From positions 1 through 58,555 of the forward strand of contig DEKP01000043.1 in assembly GCA_002353935.1 (NCBI GenBank): a stretch of 58,555 bases of DNA, read 5' to 3'. A program made the position numbers and the translations under genes. Shown here in pieces: positions 1 through 10,666 of the stretch. The notes beneath the pieces were generated by a model. It did not search any database. It was not told the DNA's origin and was given only the letters and a program-made list of their open reading frames with translations. The number at the start of each line of letters is the position of its first letter. The stretch's first letter is position 1. This DNA is from Ruminococcaceae bacterium UBA2719. GTDB taxonomy: Bacteria > Bacillota > Clostridia > Oscillospirales > Acutalibacteraceae.

Positions 1-543
1 TTGTTTAATTTTCAAGGTCCTTGTGTCCGCTAAAAGCTCAAAAAACGTGATAAAACCTAAAAAATTCAGGCTTTTCAATGCTTCCGATTTTTTCGCGGAA
101 CATTACTATTATATTTCGTACTTCCACTAATGTCAAGCCTTTTTTTGATATTTTTCAAAAAATTTTTTATTTTTTATTTTTACCACAATCTTTAGGCAGT
201 TAAAAACATGCTGACACAATATATAGTAAGAAGAAAACGTGATCTTAGATCACCGGCGTTGTACCGCAGCTTGCTTTTCAAACAAAAACCGTTTGCATTC
301 AAAACTTATTAGCCGACTTTAACTCAACAATATCACCAAAGAAAACTATTATCATAATATTTCAGCCGAGCCTTCCAATATTCACATTTAATTTTTAAAA
401 CTCTCATAGATATAAAAAGCAAGAGGGCAATTCCCGTAAAGTGAAAAATGTAATAATTTGTAATTATATCTGTATTGAATTTCTTTATTCTATACATTAT
501 AATGGGAATTGTCAGTAGACAATATTATTTTAGGAGTTAGGTT

Positions 544-1647
544 ATGGATAATATGTATTTTAACCCCTTCGCGCAAAATGTGGCTATAATAAAAAACTAC
601 TTTAAGCGTAAATCAGTTTTGGTAATGGCGATAACTTTTTTACTGGGCGTTTTGGTATCTTTGGTAACGATTCTTTTATCAATCAATATGCTTCCCGATA
701 TGTTGGCACAGAGTAATAACCTTTTTAGATCGGGGTATTCAAGCTCGTACAGATATTCTACAAGCACTTTGTCCGTGATATATGTGATTGCTATCGCTTC
801 TTTTGTGCCGATTATTATAACAGGCGTGTTGAAGTTTGTTTCTTACATATTAATATATAAGAAATCTAACAACTCGGATCCTAAATCAAATCCGAGCGCA
901 GGCTTTACTATTTTATATGTGCTTTCTATCATTTCTCTTGTTGGCGCTTGTGTCGCTTCGTTTTTTTTGGTGATTGCAATTTTCATAATGTTTTTTGGGT
1001 TGATATATGCGGTAACATCCACAAGTTATTACTCTTCACAAACATCTACAGCAGCGTTAATTGTCCTTATGATATCCTGTGCTGCACTGATTGTCTTAAT
1101 GCTTTTTGCTGCAATTAATGAATTAAAATACTTCAAATCTATAAGACGCAGCATGAACAGCGTAGATATCAGCAGAAAAGGTGCAAAGCCTATCGGTGTT
1201 TTAAGAATTATATATATAGTTTCTTTGTCCTTTTATTTGTTAATGATGACTATTTCTTTAATAAGCATGCTGACTTCAAGAAACGCTATATATTATCACA
1301 GAAGCGATATTTCAAATATGTTGCCTTTATTAATTTTAAGCATTATTTTATTTATTACTTATATTATATATTATATTTTCGCGGCAAAAGTTTCCTTAGG
1401 ATATTCAAATTATATTGACAACATAAAATTCGGCTACAACGGATTTTCCGCTGCCCCGCTTAAATATACTCCTGCTCAACCTATGCCTATGCAGGCAACT
1501 CCTGCAAACAGCGAGCAGCCAATACCGAATATTCAGCAGAACAACTTTGTAGCTCAGCCCGGCGAAAAATGTTTTTGTCCTCAATGCAACAACGATGTAA
1601 AACCCAATGACGCTTTTTGCAACAAATGCGGATATAAATTAAAATAA
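544..1647 (+). CDS. Polytopic membrane protein (about 8 TM) with C-terminal double zinc ribbon (CPQC...CNKC); hypothetical
   Basis: ORF with RBS taggag before ATG; hydrophobic helices throughout; C-terminal CxxC-x13-CxxC motif; P/Q-rich linker before the ribbon. Confidence 0.6.
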   Translation: MDNMYFNPFAQNVAIIKNYFKRKSVLVMAITFLLGVLVSLVTILLSINMLPDMLAQSNNLFRSGYSSSYRYSTSTLSVIYVIAIASFVPIIITGVLKFVSYILIYKKSNNSDPKSNPSAGFTILYVLSIISLVGACVASFFLVIAIFIMFFGLIYAVTSTSYYSSQTSTAALIVLMISCAALIVLMLFAAINELKYFKSIRRSMNSVDISRKGAKPIGVLRIIYIVSLSFYLLMMTISLISMLTSRNAIYYHRSDISNMLPLLILSIILFITYIIYYIFAAKVSLGYSNYIDNIKFGYNGFSAAPLKYTPAQPMPMQATPANSEQPIPNIQQNNFVAQPGEKCFCPQCNNDVKPNDAFCNKCGYKLK

Positions 1648-1678
1648 CACGTTAAAATAACATAAAAACACTTTTTAT

Positions 1679-1709
1679 AAGAGCGGGTTCAAGCCTGCTC
1701 TTTTTGTTT
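1679..1709 (+). terminator. Rho-independent terminator after the 544..1647 gene
   Basis: Hairpin aagagcggg-ttcaa-gcctgctctt followed by tttttgtttt. Confidence 0.5.
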
Positions 1710-2090
1710 TAAGGGCGCCTCTAACAATTCAATGTTGTGCAGAAGTGCGGCAGAGAATCGTTAGAGGTTCTTAAATTAATCTTATTTTTTTACAAAAATC
1801 GCTATATATCTTTATATTCAAAGAGGTAAAATATAACTGAAGAAAAATTAAGCGGGAATATTTGCCAAATTCACGTTTGTACTTTTACCAAAACAATTAT
1901 ATTAAGTTTTATATAAGTTAAAAATAGTTTCAAAGCTACCGTGGCACTGGTAAGATATAAATTAATCTTTGATCGTTGAGATCGAACAAAGTATTATTAA
2001 AAAACCGTCTAATCATTCTATAATTTATTGTATAACAATTCATAGAATGTGCTTAAAAAACAAAATTCTACAAAATATACACAAAGTATT

Positions 2091-2130
2091 CGAACAAACA
2101 TTTGATTTTTTGTCTCCAATATGATATACT
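2091..2130 (+). promoter_or_regulatory. lexA promoter (-35 TTGATT, 17-bp spacer, -10 TATACT) overlapped by a near-consensus LexA/Cheo-type box CGAACAAACATTTG
   Basis: Sequence 2091-2104 is CGAACAAACATTTG, one mismatch to the Gram-positive CGAACRNRYGTTYG box. TTGATT at 2102-2107 and TATACT at 2125-2130 have 17-bp spacing. RBS agggagg lies before the GTG start at 2155. Confidence 0.35.
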
Positions 2131-2154
2131 ATTGTCGAAAAGGGAGGTTTTTTT

Positions 2155-2763
2155 GTGAAACCGCTTACAAAAAGTCAGCAAAAAGTCTACGACTATATAT
2201 ATAAATGCTCTAACGAGGGCAGAGTGCCGTCGATAAGAGAGCTATGTGTTGCTACGGGTTTCAAATCTACATCTACTATAGCCCTTCATCTTAAAACGTT
2301 GGAAGAACGAGGCTTGATCGAGCGAGAGGAGGGCTTGAATCGTTGCATAAAAATTAAAAATACTCAAAATGTAACTCGAGTTCCTCTAATCGGAAGGGTT
2401 ACAGCCGGCGCTCCTATTCTTGCCGTAGAAGAAATAGAAAGCTATATTCCTATCTCAGAAGATATTGCGCGTTCAAAAGATTTATTTGCCCTTAAAGTTT
2501 TTGGAGACAGCATGATAAACGCCGGTATCTTTGACGGAGATATTATTATTGTAAACCATACCCCTTCTGCCGAAAACGGAGATATTGTGGTAGCTATGAT
2601 CGAAGATGAATTAACAGGCGAAATGCGAGCAACCGTAAAACGCTTTTACAAAGAAAAGGACCACATTCGACTGCAGCCCGAAAATGATGACTTTGAACCG
2701 ATTATAGTTGAAAACGCTACTATCCTCGGCAAGGTAGTAACTCTTATCCGAAGCTACTTATAA
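2155..2763 (+). CDS. lexA: LexA repressor (SOS regulator, S24 peptidase)
   Basis: N-terminal wHTH; Ala-Gly cleavage site (VTAGAPI); Ser (GDSM) and Lys (KR) catalytic dyad; length 202 aa. Confidence 0.9.
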   Translation: MKPLTKSQQKVYDYIYKCSNEGRVPSIRELCVATGFKSTSTIALHLKTLEERGLIEREEGLNRCIKIKNTQNVTRVPLIGRVTAGAPILAVEEIESYIPISEDIARSKDLFALKVFGDSMINAGIFDGDIIIVNHTPSAENGDIVVAMIEDELTGEMRATVKRFYKEKDHIRLQPENDDFEPIIVENATILGKVVTLIRSYL

Positions 2764-2958
2764 AATCGCATATAATAAATAAAAAAGTAAAGCGACTGAT
2801 AATGTACTCTTAAAATTCGAAAGTAATTCGTTTTTCGAAGATAGGATTACATTTTGCAGCCGTTTTTCTTTTTATAAATATTTCTATATCTCTTCAGTAT
2901 ATATGAATTTACAAGTGCATTGTTGCTTTCGATTAGACAATATATTTTATCTCTGAGG

Positions 2959-4179
2959 CTAATTCACCGCTTTTTTCGTAGAATACGCATTTATCAATGC
3001 TACATATCCGTCTATACAGTGAGCGTCAATAATAGAGGATGATTTAAGCTGTCTGGTAAAAACAAAATTTAACATATCGATACCCGACGAGAAAAATTGT
3101 GAAACTTCCGAAAAATCCGAATCCATTGTGTTTTTCAAAACTATTATATTAATCGTGTTATCTCCGGATAATAAATTGGCAACCATATTAAAATATTCGT
3201 AAGTGGTAAGCTCGGTGCTGCCTACCGTATATTTCTTATTATAATATTGTTCAACATTATTTGACAGATTATACAAATCTTCCAGGCAATTATCAACAGC
3301 CGTATCGTCGTCGAATTGAGTATAATCGTTGCCTGTTATATCCTTGAAAACCGACTGAACATTGTTTTCTGACGCCTCGCTTTCTGTCGGCGAAATTTCT
3401 ATGGTTGTTCCATATTTAGTATATCCCCAACTCTCAAGAGGAAGATAGGCTATTATATCCTGACTGTTTACAATATTAAATATATTTTGATATTTATCAT
3501 CCTCATGAATAGTAGTCGTATTAGGAGAAGCAAAGGTATATGCATAAACATTATGTGCGCCGTACAAATCTATGAGCTGCTTGGAAAGCAAATTTGCAAC
3601 CGCTCCACCGCGCGAATGTCCCGTCACCAAAAACTTTAGTTTTTCATGTTGAAGAGAATAATTTGTTATATACAGCTTTAACTTTTCATAAACGAACTCT
3701 GACGAATGTTCAAACCCCTTGTGGGTAGACGAGTACCCGGTATCAAAATTAGAATACCATTCTCTCCCTACCGTACCGCGGATAATTATTGCAATAAGTA
3801 TACAGTCAGACATCCTTTTTGATGAAATGATAAGCCCCACAACATCGCCTTTATAGTCTTTGTCATAAGAAAATTTTACACTGTTTTCAAAAGACATCTC
3901 TTTTAAATTATCAAACGCTATAGAAGGGTCCATCGCAGAAGCAGAAAGCGAAATTGATATATTAGCTAAATTTTGTGAAAACTGGGAGCTGTCAATATCA
4001 AAATCGCTTTCTTTACAGCCTACATTCAAAACATGCGTAAGGCGTTCTTTTGAGCTCATATTGTTGTCGCCGAAATATAAAGTTGCGTTTACTTTTTCTT
4101 TCTCCAAAGATACTAACATGCTTATTCCTCCAACAAGTAAAACAATAATTGTTATTTTTATCAAATGCTTTTTTGGCAT
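2959..4179 (-). CDS. Membrane-anchored class-3 lipase / alpha-beta hydrolase (Lipase_3-like)
   Basis: GHSRGG nucleophile elbow. N-terminal TM helix after MPKK start. Start chosen at internal ATG 4179, which has the upstream RBS gaggt; the ORF-track start at 4236 is probably an extension. Confidence 0.7.
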   Translation of the reverse strand: MPKKHLIKITIIVLLVGGISMLVSLEKEKVNATLYFGDNNMSSKERLTHVLNVGCKESDFDIDSSQFSQNLANISISLSASAMDPSIAFDNLKEMSFENSVKFSYDKDYKGDVVGLIISSKRMSDCILIAIIIRGTVGREWYSNFDTGYSSTHKGFEHSSEFVYEKLKLYITNYSLQHEKLKFLVTGHSRGGAVANLLSKQLIDLYGAHNVYAYTFASPNTTTIHEDDKYQNIFNIVNSQDIIAYLPLESWGYTKYGTTIEISPTESEASENNVQSVFKDITGNDYTQFDDDTAVDNCLEDLYNLSNNVEQYYNKKYTVGSTELTTYEYFNMVANLLSGDNTINIIVLKNTMDSDFSEVSQFFSSGIDMLNFVFTRQLKSSSIIDAHCIDGYVALINAYSTKKAVN

Positions 4180-4491
4180 AGCTACCTCTACAGTACATAA
4201 AGATTGTGCAAAATATCGTTGATAAAAGTTCATCATATGTGGTCATGATTGCTTTTTAAGCGATATGTAGCTTGATTGGAAGAATAAAGTGTTTAGTATT
4301 TTTGTTAATATTTTATTTGAACTTTGATTTACAAAAACTATTTTGCCCGTTAAATATGGAATTAAACATCAAAGAAAATAATATATAAAAATCACTTCCA
4401 TCTCTGAAAGTGATTTTTACATTTAATAATTTAAGGCAATACAGCACAAGTCAAAATGCGTATTGCCTTAATTTATCTTTATATTTTATTA

Positions 4492-5871
4492 TCAAATTTT
4501 AAGTACCATGGTCGCTATCTCAAAATAAACAAAAAGCGAGATAGCGTCGACTATAGTAGTAATAAACGGGCTCGCCATAACCGCAGGGTCAAAGCCGATT
4601 TTTTTGGCGAGCATCGGCAGCGTACAGCCAACGATTTTGGCAAAGAAAATGGTCACTATTAACGTCAGACACACAACCAACGCAACTGTAACAGTTATCT
4701 GATCGTTGTGCATTAACATACGGTCTACAACCATCATTTTTACAAAGTTTGCTGCTGCAAGCGTAACTCCGCAAAGCAAAGAAACACGGGACTCTTTGAA
4801 TATTACCTTAAAAATATCTTTGAACTCAATTTCACCCAGAGATAAACTTCTTATTATAGTAACCGACGCCTGAGAGCCGGAGTTTCCGCCGGTATCCATC
4901 AGCATAGGGATAAATGCAGTAAGCGCAACTGACGCTGCCAGTGCAGATTCAAAAGAGGATATAATCATCCCTGTAAACGTAGCCGAAACCATGAGTATCA
5001 AAAGCCACGGAATACGGTTTTTATACGTTTCAAAAACGCCGATTTTGTTATACGGCTTATCGGTGTTTGGCGTGATAGCCGCCATCTTTTGGATATCCTC
5101 TGTAGCTTCTTCCTCAATAACGTCGATAGCGTCGTCGACGGTAACAATACCGACCAGACGGTTTTCCTTATCAACAACAGGCAAGTCAAGGAAGTTATAT
5201 TTGTTCAACACCTGAGCAGCATACTCCTGGTCATCGAGCGTATTTACAGATATAACGTTAGTCTCCATAATATTCTCAATAAGCTCGTCTTCTTCCGACA
5301 AAATAAGAGAACGTATGGTAACAATGCCTATAAGCTTGCTCTGATTATCCGCAACATAACAGGTGTTTATGGTTTCTTTATCGATACCAGTGCGCCTTAT
5401 GCGCTTTATAGCCTCTTCGACAGTCATCTTCGGCCTGAGTATTACAAACTCAGTGGTCATAATCGAGCCGGTGCTGTCTTCTGGGTATTTTAGTATTTCG
5501 TTAATTTGTTTTCTTGTTACGGGATCTGCCTGACGCAAAATACGCTTTACAACGTTCGCCGGCATTTCCTCTATAATATCAACCGCATCATCAACATAAA
5601 GTTCGTCGATAACTTCTTTTAGCTCGGTGTCCGAAAATCCGTGAATAAGCAGTTTTTGAGTATCCTCATCCATTTCGACAAAGGTCTCGGCTGCCAATTC
5701 CTTTGGAAGCAGCCTAAAAAGCAAAGCAGTCTTTTCGCTTTGTATATCTTCAAAAACAGCGGCAATATCAACCGGATTCATTGTTGTCAAAATATCTCTT
5801 AAGGCAGCATACTTTTTATTTTCAAGCAATGTAATTATCGTTTCCAAAAGAGATACTGTAGTTTTTTCCAT
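4492..5871 (-). CDS. mgtE: Magnesium transporter MgtE (N-domain, tandem CBS, 5-TM channel domain)
   Basis: Domain order typical of MgtE; conserved C-terminal TM domain. Start at 5871 (MEKTT) is directly preceded by AGGAGG; the ORF-track start at 5907 is an extension. Confidence 0.9.
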   Translation of the reverse strand: MEKTTVSLLETIITLLENKKYAALRDILTTMNPVDIAAVFEDIQSEKTALLFRLLPKELAAETFVEMDEDTQKLLIHGFSDTELKEVIDELYVDDAVDIIEEMPANVVKRILRQADPVTRKQINEILKYPEDSTGSIMTTEFVILRPKMTVEEAIKRIRRTGIDKETINTCYVADNQSKLIGIVTIRSLILSEEDELIENIMETNVISVNTLDDQEYAAQVLNKYNFLDLPVVDKENRLVGIVTVDDAIDVIEEEATEDIQKMAAITPNTDKPYNKIGVFETYKNRIPWLLILMVSATFTGMIISSFESALAASVALTAFIPMLMDTGGNSGSQASVTIIRSLSLGEIEFKDIFKVIFKESRVSLLCGVTLAAANFVKMMVVDRMLMHNDQITVTVALVVCLTLIVTIFFAKIVGCTLPMLAKKIGFDPAVMASPFITTIVDAISLFVYFEIATMVLKI

Positions 5872-6082
5872 AAGTACTCCTCCTATCGATGTTTTTACGA
5901 CAGGCACAACCTATGGGCTGTATTAAATGCGAAAACAGACGCCAAAAACGCGCATGGCAATGCTATTGACGTAAAGTTTTCGCTTTATACTTCGCCCCGA
6001 GGAAGCGCCGCCAGAATTTCCTGCGTCCATTAATTTCGCCTCTTTTTCTAAACTAGATTTCGACAACCAGCCGATAAAAATA

Positions 6083-6111
6083 ATTTTATACCAACTACTT
6101 AAATAAGTCAA
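6083..6111 (-). promoter_or_regulatory. SigA-type promoter for mgtE leader (-35 TTGACT, 17 bp, -10 TAAAAT)
   Basis: Minus-strand reading is ttgact-tatttaagtagttggta-taaaat. This gives a leader of about 205 nt to the mgtE ATG. Confidence 0.4.
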
Positions 6112-6295
6112 CAAAGTTCTCTGAAAAAACTTAATAACATTGTAGGTTTACAATAGATGCGTTACAGTTAATAAAAAAGAATATACAATATAGTAAAAAT
6201 TTTGATCGTTTTTATAATTGAATTTAAACATAAAATAAAAGACAGGCAAAACACATGTTCTTCACTAAATACATTAACGCCTTTTATCTCAGAGA

Positions 6296-6360
6296 TTATT
6301 ACTAAACTTAAAGGCAAGACTGCACAATTTTATGCGCAAATCTTGCCTTGATCTTTTTCT
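6296..6360 (-). terminator. Terminator hairpin after the GH13 lipoprotein gene (bidirectional appearance)
   Basis: Perfect 9-bp stem aaggcaaga...tcttgcctt (6311-6349) with a 21-nt loop. T-rich on plus side (tctttttcttgtttttatt) and moderately T-rich on minus side. Confidence 0.4.
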
Positions 6361-6378
6361 TGTTTTTATTAATTATGA

Positions 6379-8019
6379 TTAACTTATTTTTAAAACAGCA
6401 GATGACTTAGGCGGCATAGTAAGTTTGTTACTATTTAAAGATGCTCGCTGATTTTTTGATGACGCAGAAGTTTTTACAGCACCTTGTGTAGATTCTTCTG
6501 AGACTTCATCTGGGCTTTTTGATGCAGTAGCCACAACATCCCCTCTTAGCTCCGCGCTGTCAACATCGAGCTCAACAGTTGTTTCCTCTTCGCTGCCGTT
6601 GTGAACAATCATAAGTTTAGATCCATCATACTCAACAATATATCCGGCAATTTCGGTATTGTCAAATTCAACGGTTTCTGTAATATCTCCACGTGCAATT
6701 TCAGGGTTTTCATTTTTGATTTTTATTAACCTGCGATATGTGCTTAAAAGGCTGTTATCATCAACTAACTGCTGCTTTACTCCGCCCAGTTCGGTTTTTT
6801 CAACTTCTGCCACACCGCTTACATAAATACCGGGTAATTTATCGTTGTCCCAAATCATAGGAGTTCTGTATGAAGCGTCGTTAGTTGTATTTGGCGCCTC
6901 TATTCCGATCTCCTCCCCATAATATGTATATGAATTTCCCGGAGACAACATATAAAGCGCCGCCGCCATCTTCATTTCATCCTCATCGAGCGTATTATAA
7001 ATTCTAACCATATCGTGATTTGTAAGGAAATTCGCATTAATAGCATTTTTGTTGCGCTTTTTTATATTGTCATCAAATTTTTTGAGTTGATTAACAAAAT
7101 CTTTCATCACACCGAAACGGGCAGCTGAAGCATAGGCGCCATCTGAGCCTGCAAATTTAAAGTTAAACATGCTGTCTATTCCGGTCTCATATTTATCATA
7201 TATTATGCCGGCTTCTTCCCAATCTTCGCCTACCATATAAACGTCTTCTTTATAACCCTTCGCCATTTCATAAAACCATGTAAGGAATTCATCCCCGTCT
7301 GTATGGTAATCGGTAAAATATTTGACAGCATCAAGTCTGAAGCCGGCAACTCCTTTGTCCAGCCAGAATTTTACTATTTCTTCAAAATAGTCGCGTGTTC
7401 CTTTATACGAAAGATTCCAATCGGGCATTTCTGCTGTAAACTCACCTTCATAATAATAATCTGTTCCTGTCACCGGACGGGAATACACTTCACTTTTCTC
7501 TTTTGAAAAATTATAATACTTAGCGTATCCGTCTTCTTTGCCCTCTTTTAGCTCATCACAGGCTTTTAAAAAATACGGATGATTTGAAGCGCTGTGATTT
7601 ACAACCAAGTCTATAATTACTTTGATCCCTCGTTCATTACACTCGCTCATAAACTGATCGAAATCATCAAGCGTACCAAAATCCTTATCAATATCAAAAT
7701 AGTTTTCAACATTGTACTTATGATATGAGTATGACGGCATCATCGGCGACAGCCAAATTCCGTCAATACCCAAATCGTACCCTGAATTGGGGTCGCCGTC
7801 ATTTAGATAATCAAGCTGAGAAATTATACCTTGAAAATCGCCTATTTCATCATCGTTTGAATCTGCAAAAGAGCCTATCCATATTTGATAAAAATTTCTG
7901 TATTTATCTTTTGACGCAAACGCCTTGTTGCTGTCAACCGGATCATTAGAAGATTTGCAGCCTGTAAATATACACGCTATCAAACATATTACAAGCAAAA
8001 GTGAAATTATTTTTTTCAT
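6379..8019 (-). CDS. Extracellular GH13 alpha-amylase-family lipoprotein (alpha-glucosidase/neopullulanase-like)
   Basis: Lipobox LIACIFTGC after MKKI. GH13 catalytic regions GFRLDAVKY, VGEDWEE, FLTNHD. Start at 8019 (MKKI) rather than 8031. Confidence 0.85.
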   Translation of the reverse strand: MKKIISLLLVICLIACIFTGCKSSNDPVDSNKAFASKDKYRNFYQIWIGSFADSNDDEIGDFQGIISQLDYLNDGDPNSGYDLGIDGIWLSPMMPSYSYHKYNVENYFDIDKDFGTLDDFDQFMSECNERGIKVIIDLVVNHSASNHPYFLKACDELKEGKEDGYAKYYNFSKEKSEVYSRPVTGTDYYYEGEFTAEMPDWNLSYKGTRDYFEEIVKFWLDKGVAGFRLDAVKYFTDYHTDGDEFLTWFYEMAKGYKEDVYMVGEDWEEAGIIYDKYETGIDSMFNFKFAGSDGAYASAARFGVMKDFVNQLKKFDDNIKKRNKNAINANFLTNHDMVRIYNTLDEDEMKMAAALYMLSPGNSYTYYGEEIGIEAPNTTNDASYRTPMIWDNDKLPGIYVSGVAEVEKTELGGVKQQLVDDNSLLSTYRRLIKIKNENPEIARGDITETVEFDNTEIAGYIVEYDGSKLMIVHNGSEEETTVELDVDSAELRGDVVATASKSPDEVSEESTQGAVKTSASSKNQRASLNSNKLTMPPKSSAVLKIS

Positions 8020-8210
8020 TTCATCACCCACATTTTTAAACGATAAATTTTATAACAATTTTGAATGCCACTAGAATTTGGGATTACCTCTTACTATGAT
8101 ATTTATAATAAGTTTATTATAATAAGTTTAGATAAATAAACAGTACAAATATCTTGGTGAATACTAAAAAACATAGGGCGGAGTACATCCGCCCTATGAT
8201 AAACTTAATT

Positions 8211-9065
8211 TTAACCTTTAACGCCGCCGGCTGTTACGCCTTCAACATAGAACTTCTGCATTCTTAAGAACAAAATCGTAATCGGCACGGCAACTATAAC
8301 AGATCCTGCCAAGAATCTCTTATAATGCGTTGCGATAAAGTCAGCTTCTATCATCTTTTTCAGACCTATAGCAACAGTATAATTCTTTATACTGTCACCC
8401 ATGATGATCTTTGCTAAGATGAAGTCGGTCCAAGGCCCTAAGAACGAAGTCAGTACTGTATAAACTACGATAGGCTTAGACATCGGCAAAATAATCTTCC
8501 AGAAAATTTGATTTCTGGTTGCTCCGTCTATTGTCGCAGCTTCGTCCAAAGCTCTGGGGATAGTATCAAAGAAGCCCTTGCTTATCTGATATCCAAGTCC
8601 GGCTCCCGCACTGTAACATATTACAAGCGCTACCAATGTTTGTGTAAGACCCATAGCCTTTAACAAATAGTATATAGCTATCATTGTCATAAAGCCCGGG
8701 AACATTCCGAGAATCATACCTACATTGATAAGCGGTTTTCTTGCTTTGAATCTAAGTCTTGAGAACGAATAGCTTACCATAAGTACTGCAAGCGTAGATA
8801 TAATACAACTGAAAATTGCAACTATCAATGTATTCATGAACCATCTTGGAAAGTTCAAAGATCCTGTTTCTGTAAATAGTTCAATATAGTTCTTAAAAGA
8901 ATATGTCTTTGGCAACAAGTATGATACTGATTGCAGCCCTTCATCTCTGAATGAATGTAAAACTAGGTATACAAGCGGAGAAATCCAAATCAGACCAAGT
9001 ACCGCAAGCAGTACATAGATTATTCCGTTAGACAAACTTCTGCGAAATTTATAACTTTTTATCAT
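8211..9065 (-). CDS. Carbohydrate ABC transporter permease (MalG-like)
   Basis: 6-TM permease with EAA-like loop (LDEAATIDGA); overlaps upstream permease stop by 4 nt. Confidence 0.85.
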   Translation of the reverse strand: MIKSYKFRRSLSNGIIYVLLAVLGLIWISPLVYLVLHSFRDEGLQSVSYLLPKTYSFKNYIELFTETGSLNFPRWFMNTLIVAIFSCIISTLAVLMVSYSFSRLRFKARKPLINVGMILGMFPGFMTMIAIYYLLKAMGLTQTLVALVICYSAGAGLGYQISKGFFDTIPRALDEAATIDGATRNQIFWKIILPMSKPIVVYTVLTSFLGPWTDFILAKIIMGDSIKNYTVAIGLKKMIEADFIATHYKRFLAGSVIVAVPITILFLRMQKFYVEGVTAGGVKG

Positions 9066-10567
9066 GAGAATTCCTCCTCATTCTTAGCAGACTTGGTAAG
9101 GTTAAATGTAATAAGCGACAATGTCGCACATACAATAAATACCAAAATACCGACCGCAGCCGCAAGGTTATAGTCCTGAGTCGTCATCGTCAACTTGAAC
9201 AGCCACGTTACAAGCAAGTCAGTATAGCCTGCCTGATAGAAGTTTTCCGAATACGGCGCACCGTCCGTCAAAAGGTAGATAACGTTAAAGTTATTGATAT
9301 TACCGATAAAGCTTGTAATCAAATACGGTGTTGTTACAAACAGCATATATGGTAACGTAATCTTAAAGAAGCTCTTGACAGGGCCGGCACCGTCGATCGT
9401 GGCGCTCTCGTACAAATCGGCAGGTATATTCATCAAAATACCCGATGTAATCAAGATGGTATACGGAATACCTACCCAACAGTTAATTATAATAACCGTA
9501 AGCCGCGCTACAAGCGGAGTTGAATTTAAGAATAAAATCGGATTCTGTATAATTCCCAGTTCTTTGAGCAATACATTGATAGCTCCGTAGCTTTGAAGCA
9601 TCTGGTTCATCAAAAGCAGCGAAACAAACTGCGGAACAGCAATTGTTACAACAAACAATGTTCTCCACAACGATTTTAATTTAATTCCTTTTTTATTTAT
9701 CATAAGAGCGATAATCATACCAAATATGTAATTCAGTACTGTAGCAAAAATCGCCCAAATTATTGTCCATTTTGTAAGTTCAATAAAGGTTGCGCTTTTT
9801 GAAGCCGCTCCTCCTGTAACTTTAAAAATCTCGGAAAAAGTTCCGAAACCAACCCAGGTAAACAGCTTACCTGGCGCCATATGCTGATAGTTATAGTTTG
9901 TAAACGCGATCAATATCATAAATATCATCGGTAAGATGGTAAATACAGATATCGTCAGCGTAGGAAACGCGAGTAATGTTACATGAAAACGATTGTCGAG
10001 CAAATTTTTTAGCTCTGAAGAAAACTTCTCGGGTTTTTTCCCCGCGGCAACCGTTTGCTGCGCCTTATACGCAGATTTTGTACTTGCAATATATATTACA
10101 AAGAATATAACTGTAATAACAATAGTTAAAATACCATACAAAAGTATAAGCATGGAGTTATCCCCGTTAATAGTCATCGGCCTTCCTGTCTCGGGATTAA
10201 CGCCAAATCCACTTTCAACTGTACCCAATGTGTTAAACTTTGAAAGATATTTCCAACCAAATAATACTATGTATGCTATATAAGCAACCTCGGTCAGTAA
10301 AAATAAAAGTCCTTTTATGACCTGTCCTTTGGCCGCATTGCCAAAGCCCATAATTAAATAGGATAATTTCGTAGCCCAATCGCCTTTTACAAATCTGGTA
10401 AAATAATTTGCTACGCCTTTGCCTATTCCCATTCCTATTCTCTTGAAAAATCTTCCTATTAAACAGAAGAACTTCTTGAGGTTACCAGGCAACTTAACAA
10501 AAAACTGTTTGAAATTATATCCAAATTTTTGAAAAGGGTTGAGTTGCACATAATCAATATATTTCAT
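9062..10567 (-). CDS. Carbohydrate ABC transporter permease (MalF-like, long N-terminal extension)
   Basis: Multi-TM protein with EAA motif (YESATIDGAG), typical MalF architecture. Confidence 0.85.
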   Translation of the reverse strand: MKYIDYVQLNPFQKFGYNFKQFFVKLPGNLKKFFCLIGRFFKRIGMGIGKGVANYFTRFVKGDWATKLSYLIMGFGNAAKGQVIKGLLFLLTEVAYIAYIVLFGWKYLSKFNTLGTVESGFGVNPETGRPMTINGDNSMLILLYGILTIVITVIFFVIYIASTKSAYKAQQTVAAGKKPEKFSSELKNLLDNRFHVTLLAFPTLTISVFTILPMIFMILIAFTNYNYQHMAPGKLFTWVGFGTFSEIFKVTGGAASKSATFIELTKWTIIWAIFATVLNYIFGMIIALMINKKGIKLKSLWRTLFVVTIAVPQFVSLLLMNQMLQSYGAINVLLKELGIIQNPILFLNSTPLVARLTVIIINCWVGIPYTILITSGILMNIPADLYESATIDGAGPVKSFFKITLPYMLFVTTPYLITSFIGNINNFNVIYLLTDGAPYSENFYQAGYTDLLVTWLFKLTMTTQDYNLAAAVGILVFIVCATLSLITFNLTKSAKNEEEFS

Positions 10568-10666
10568 CGGTTCACTTCCCTAAAAAGAGGATGTATAAAA
10601 AATTGGTAAGATCAGGCGGCCGAGAGACCGCCTGACCAAGCTTTAAATTTTAAATCAAAAGAAATC

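Noticed and set aside
1-543. Possible RNA gene or truncated minus-strand gene at the window start (inverted repeat gtgatcttagatcac at about 239)
   Set aside because: No tRNA-like cloverleaf, no ORF support, and no conserved ncRNA motif recognised; treated as plain intergenic or promoter DNA
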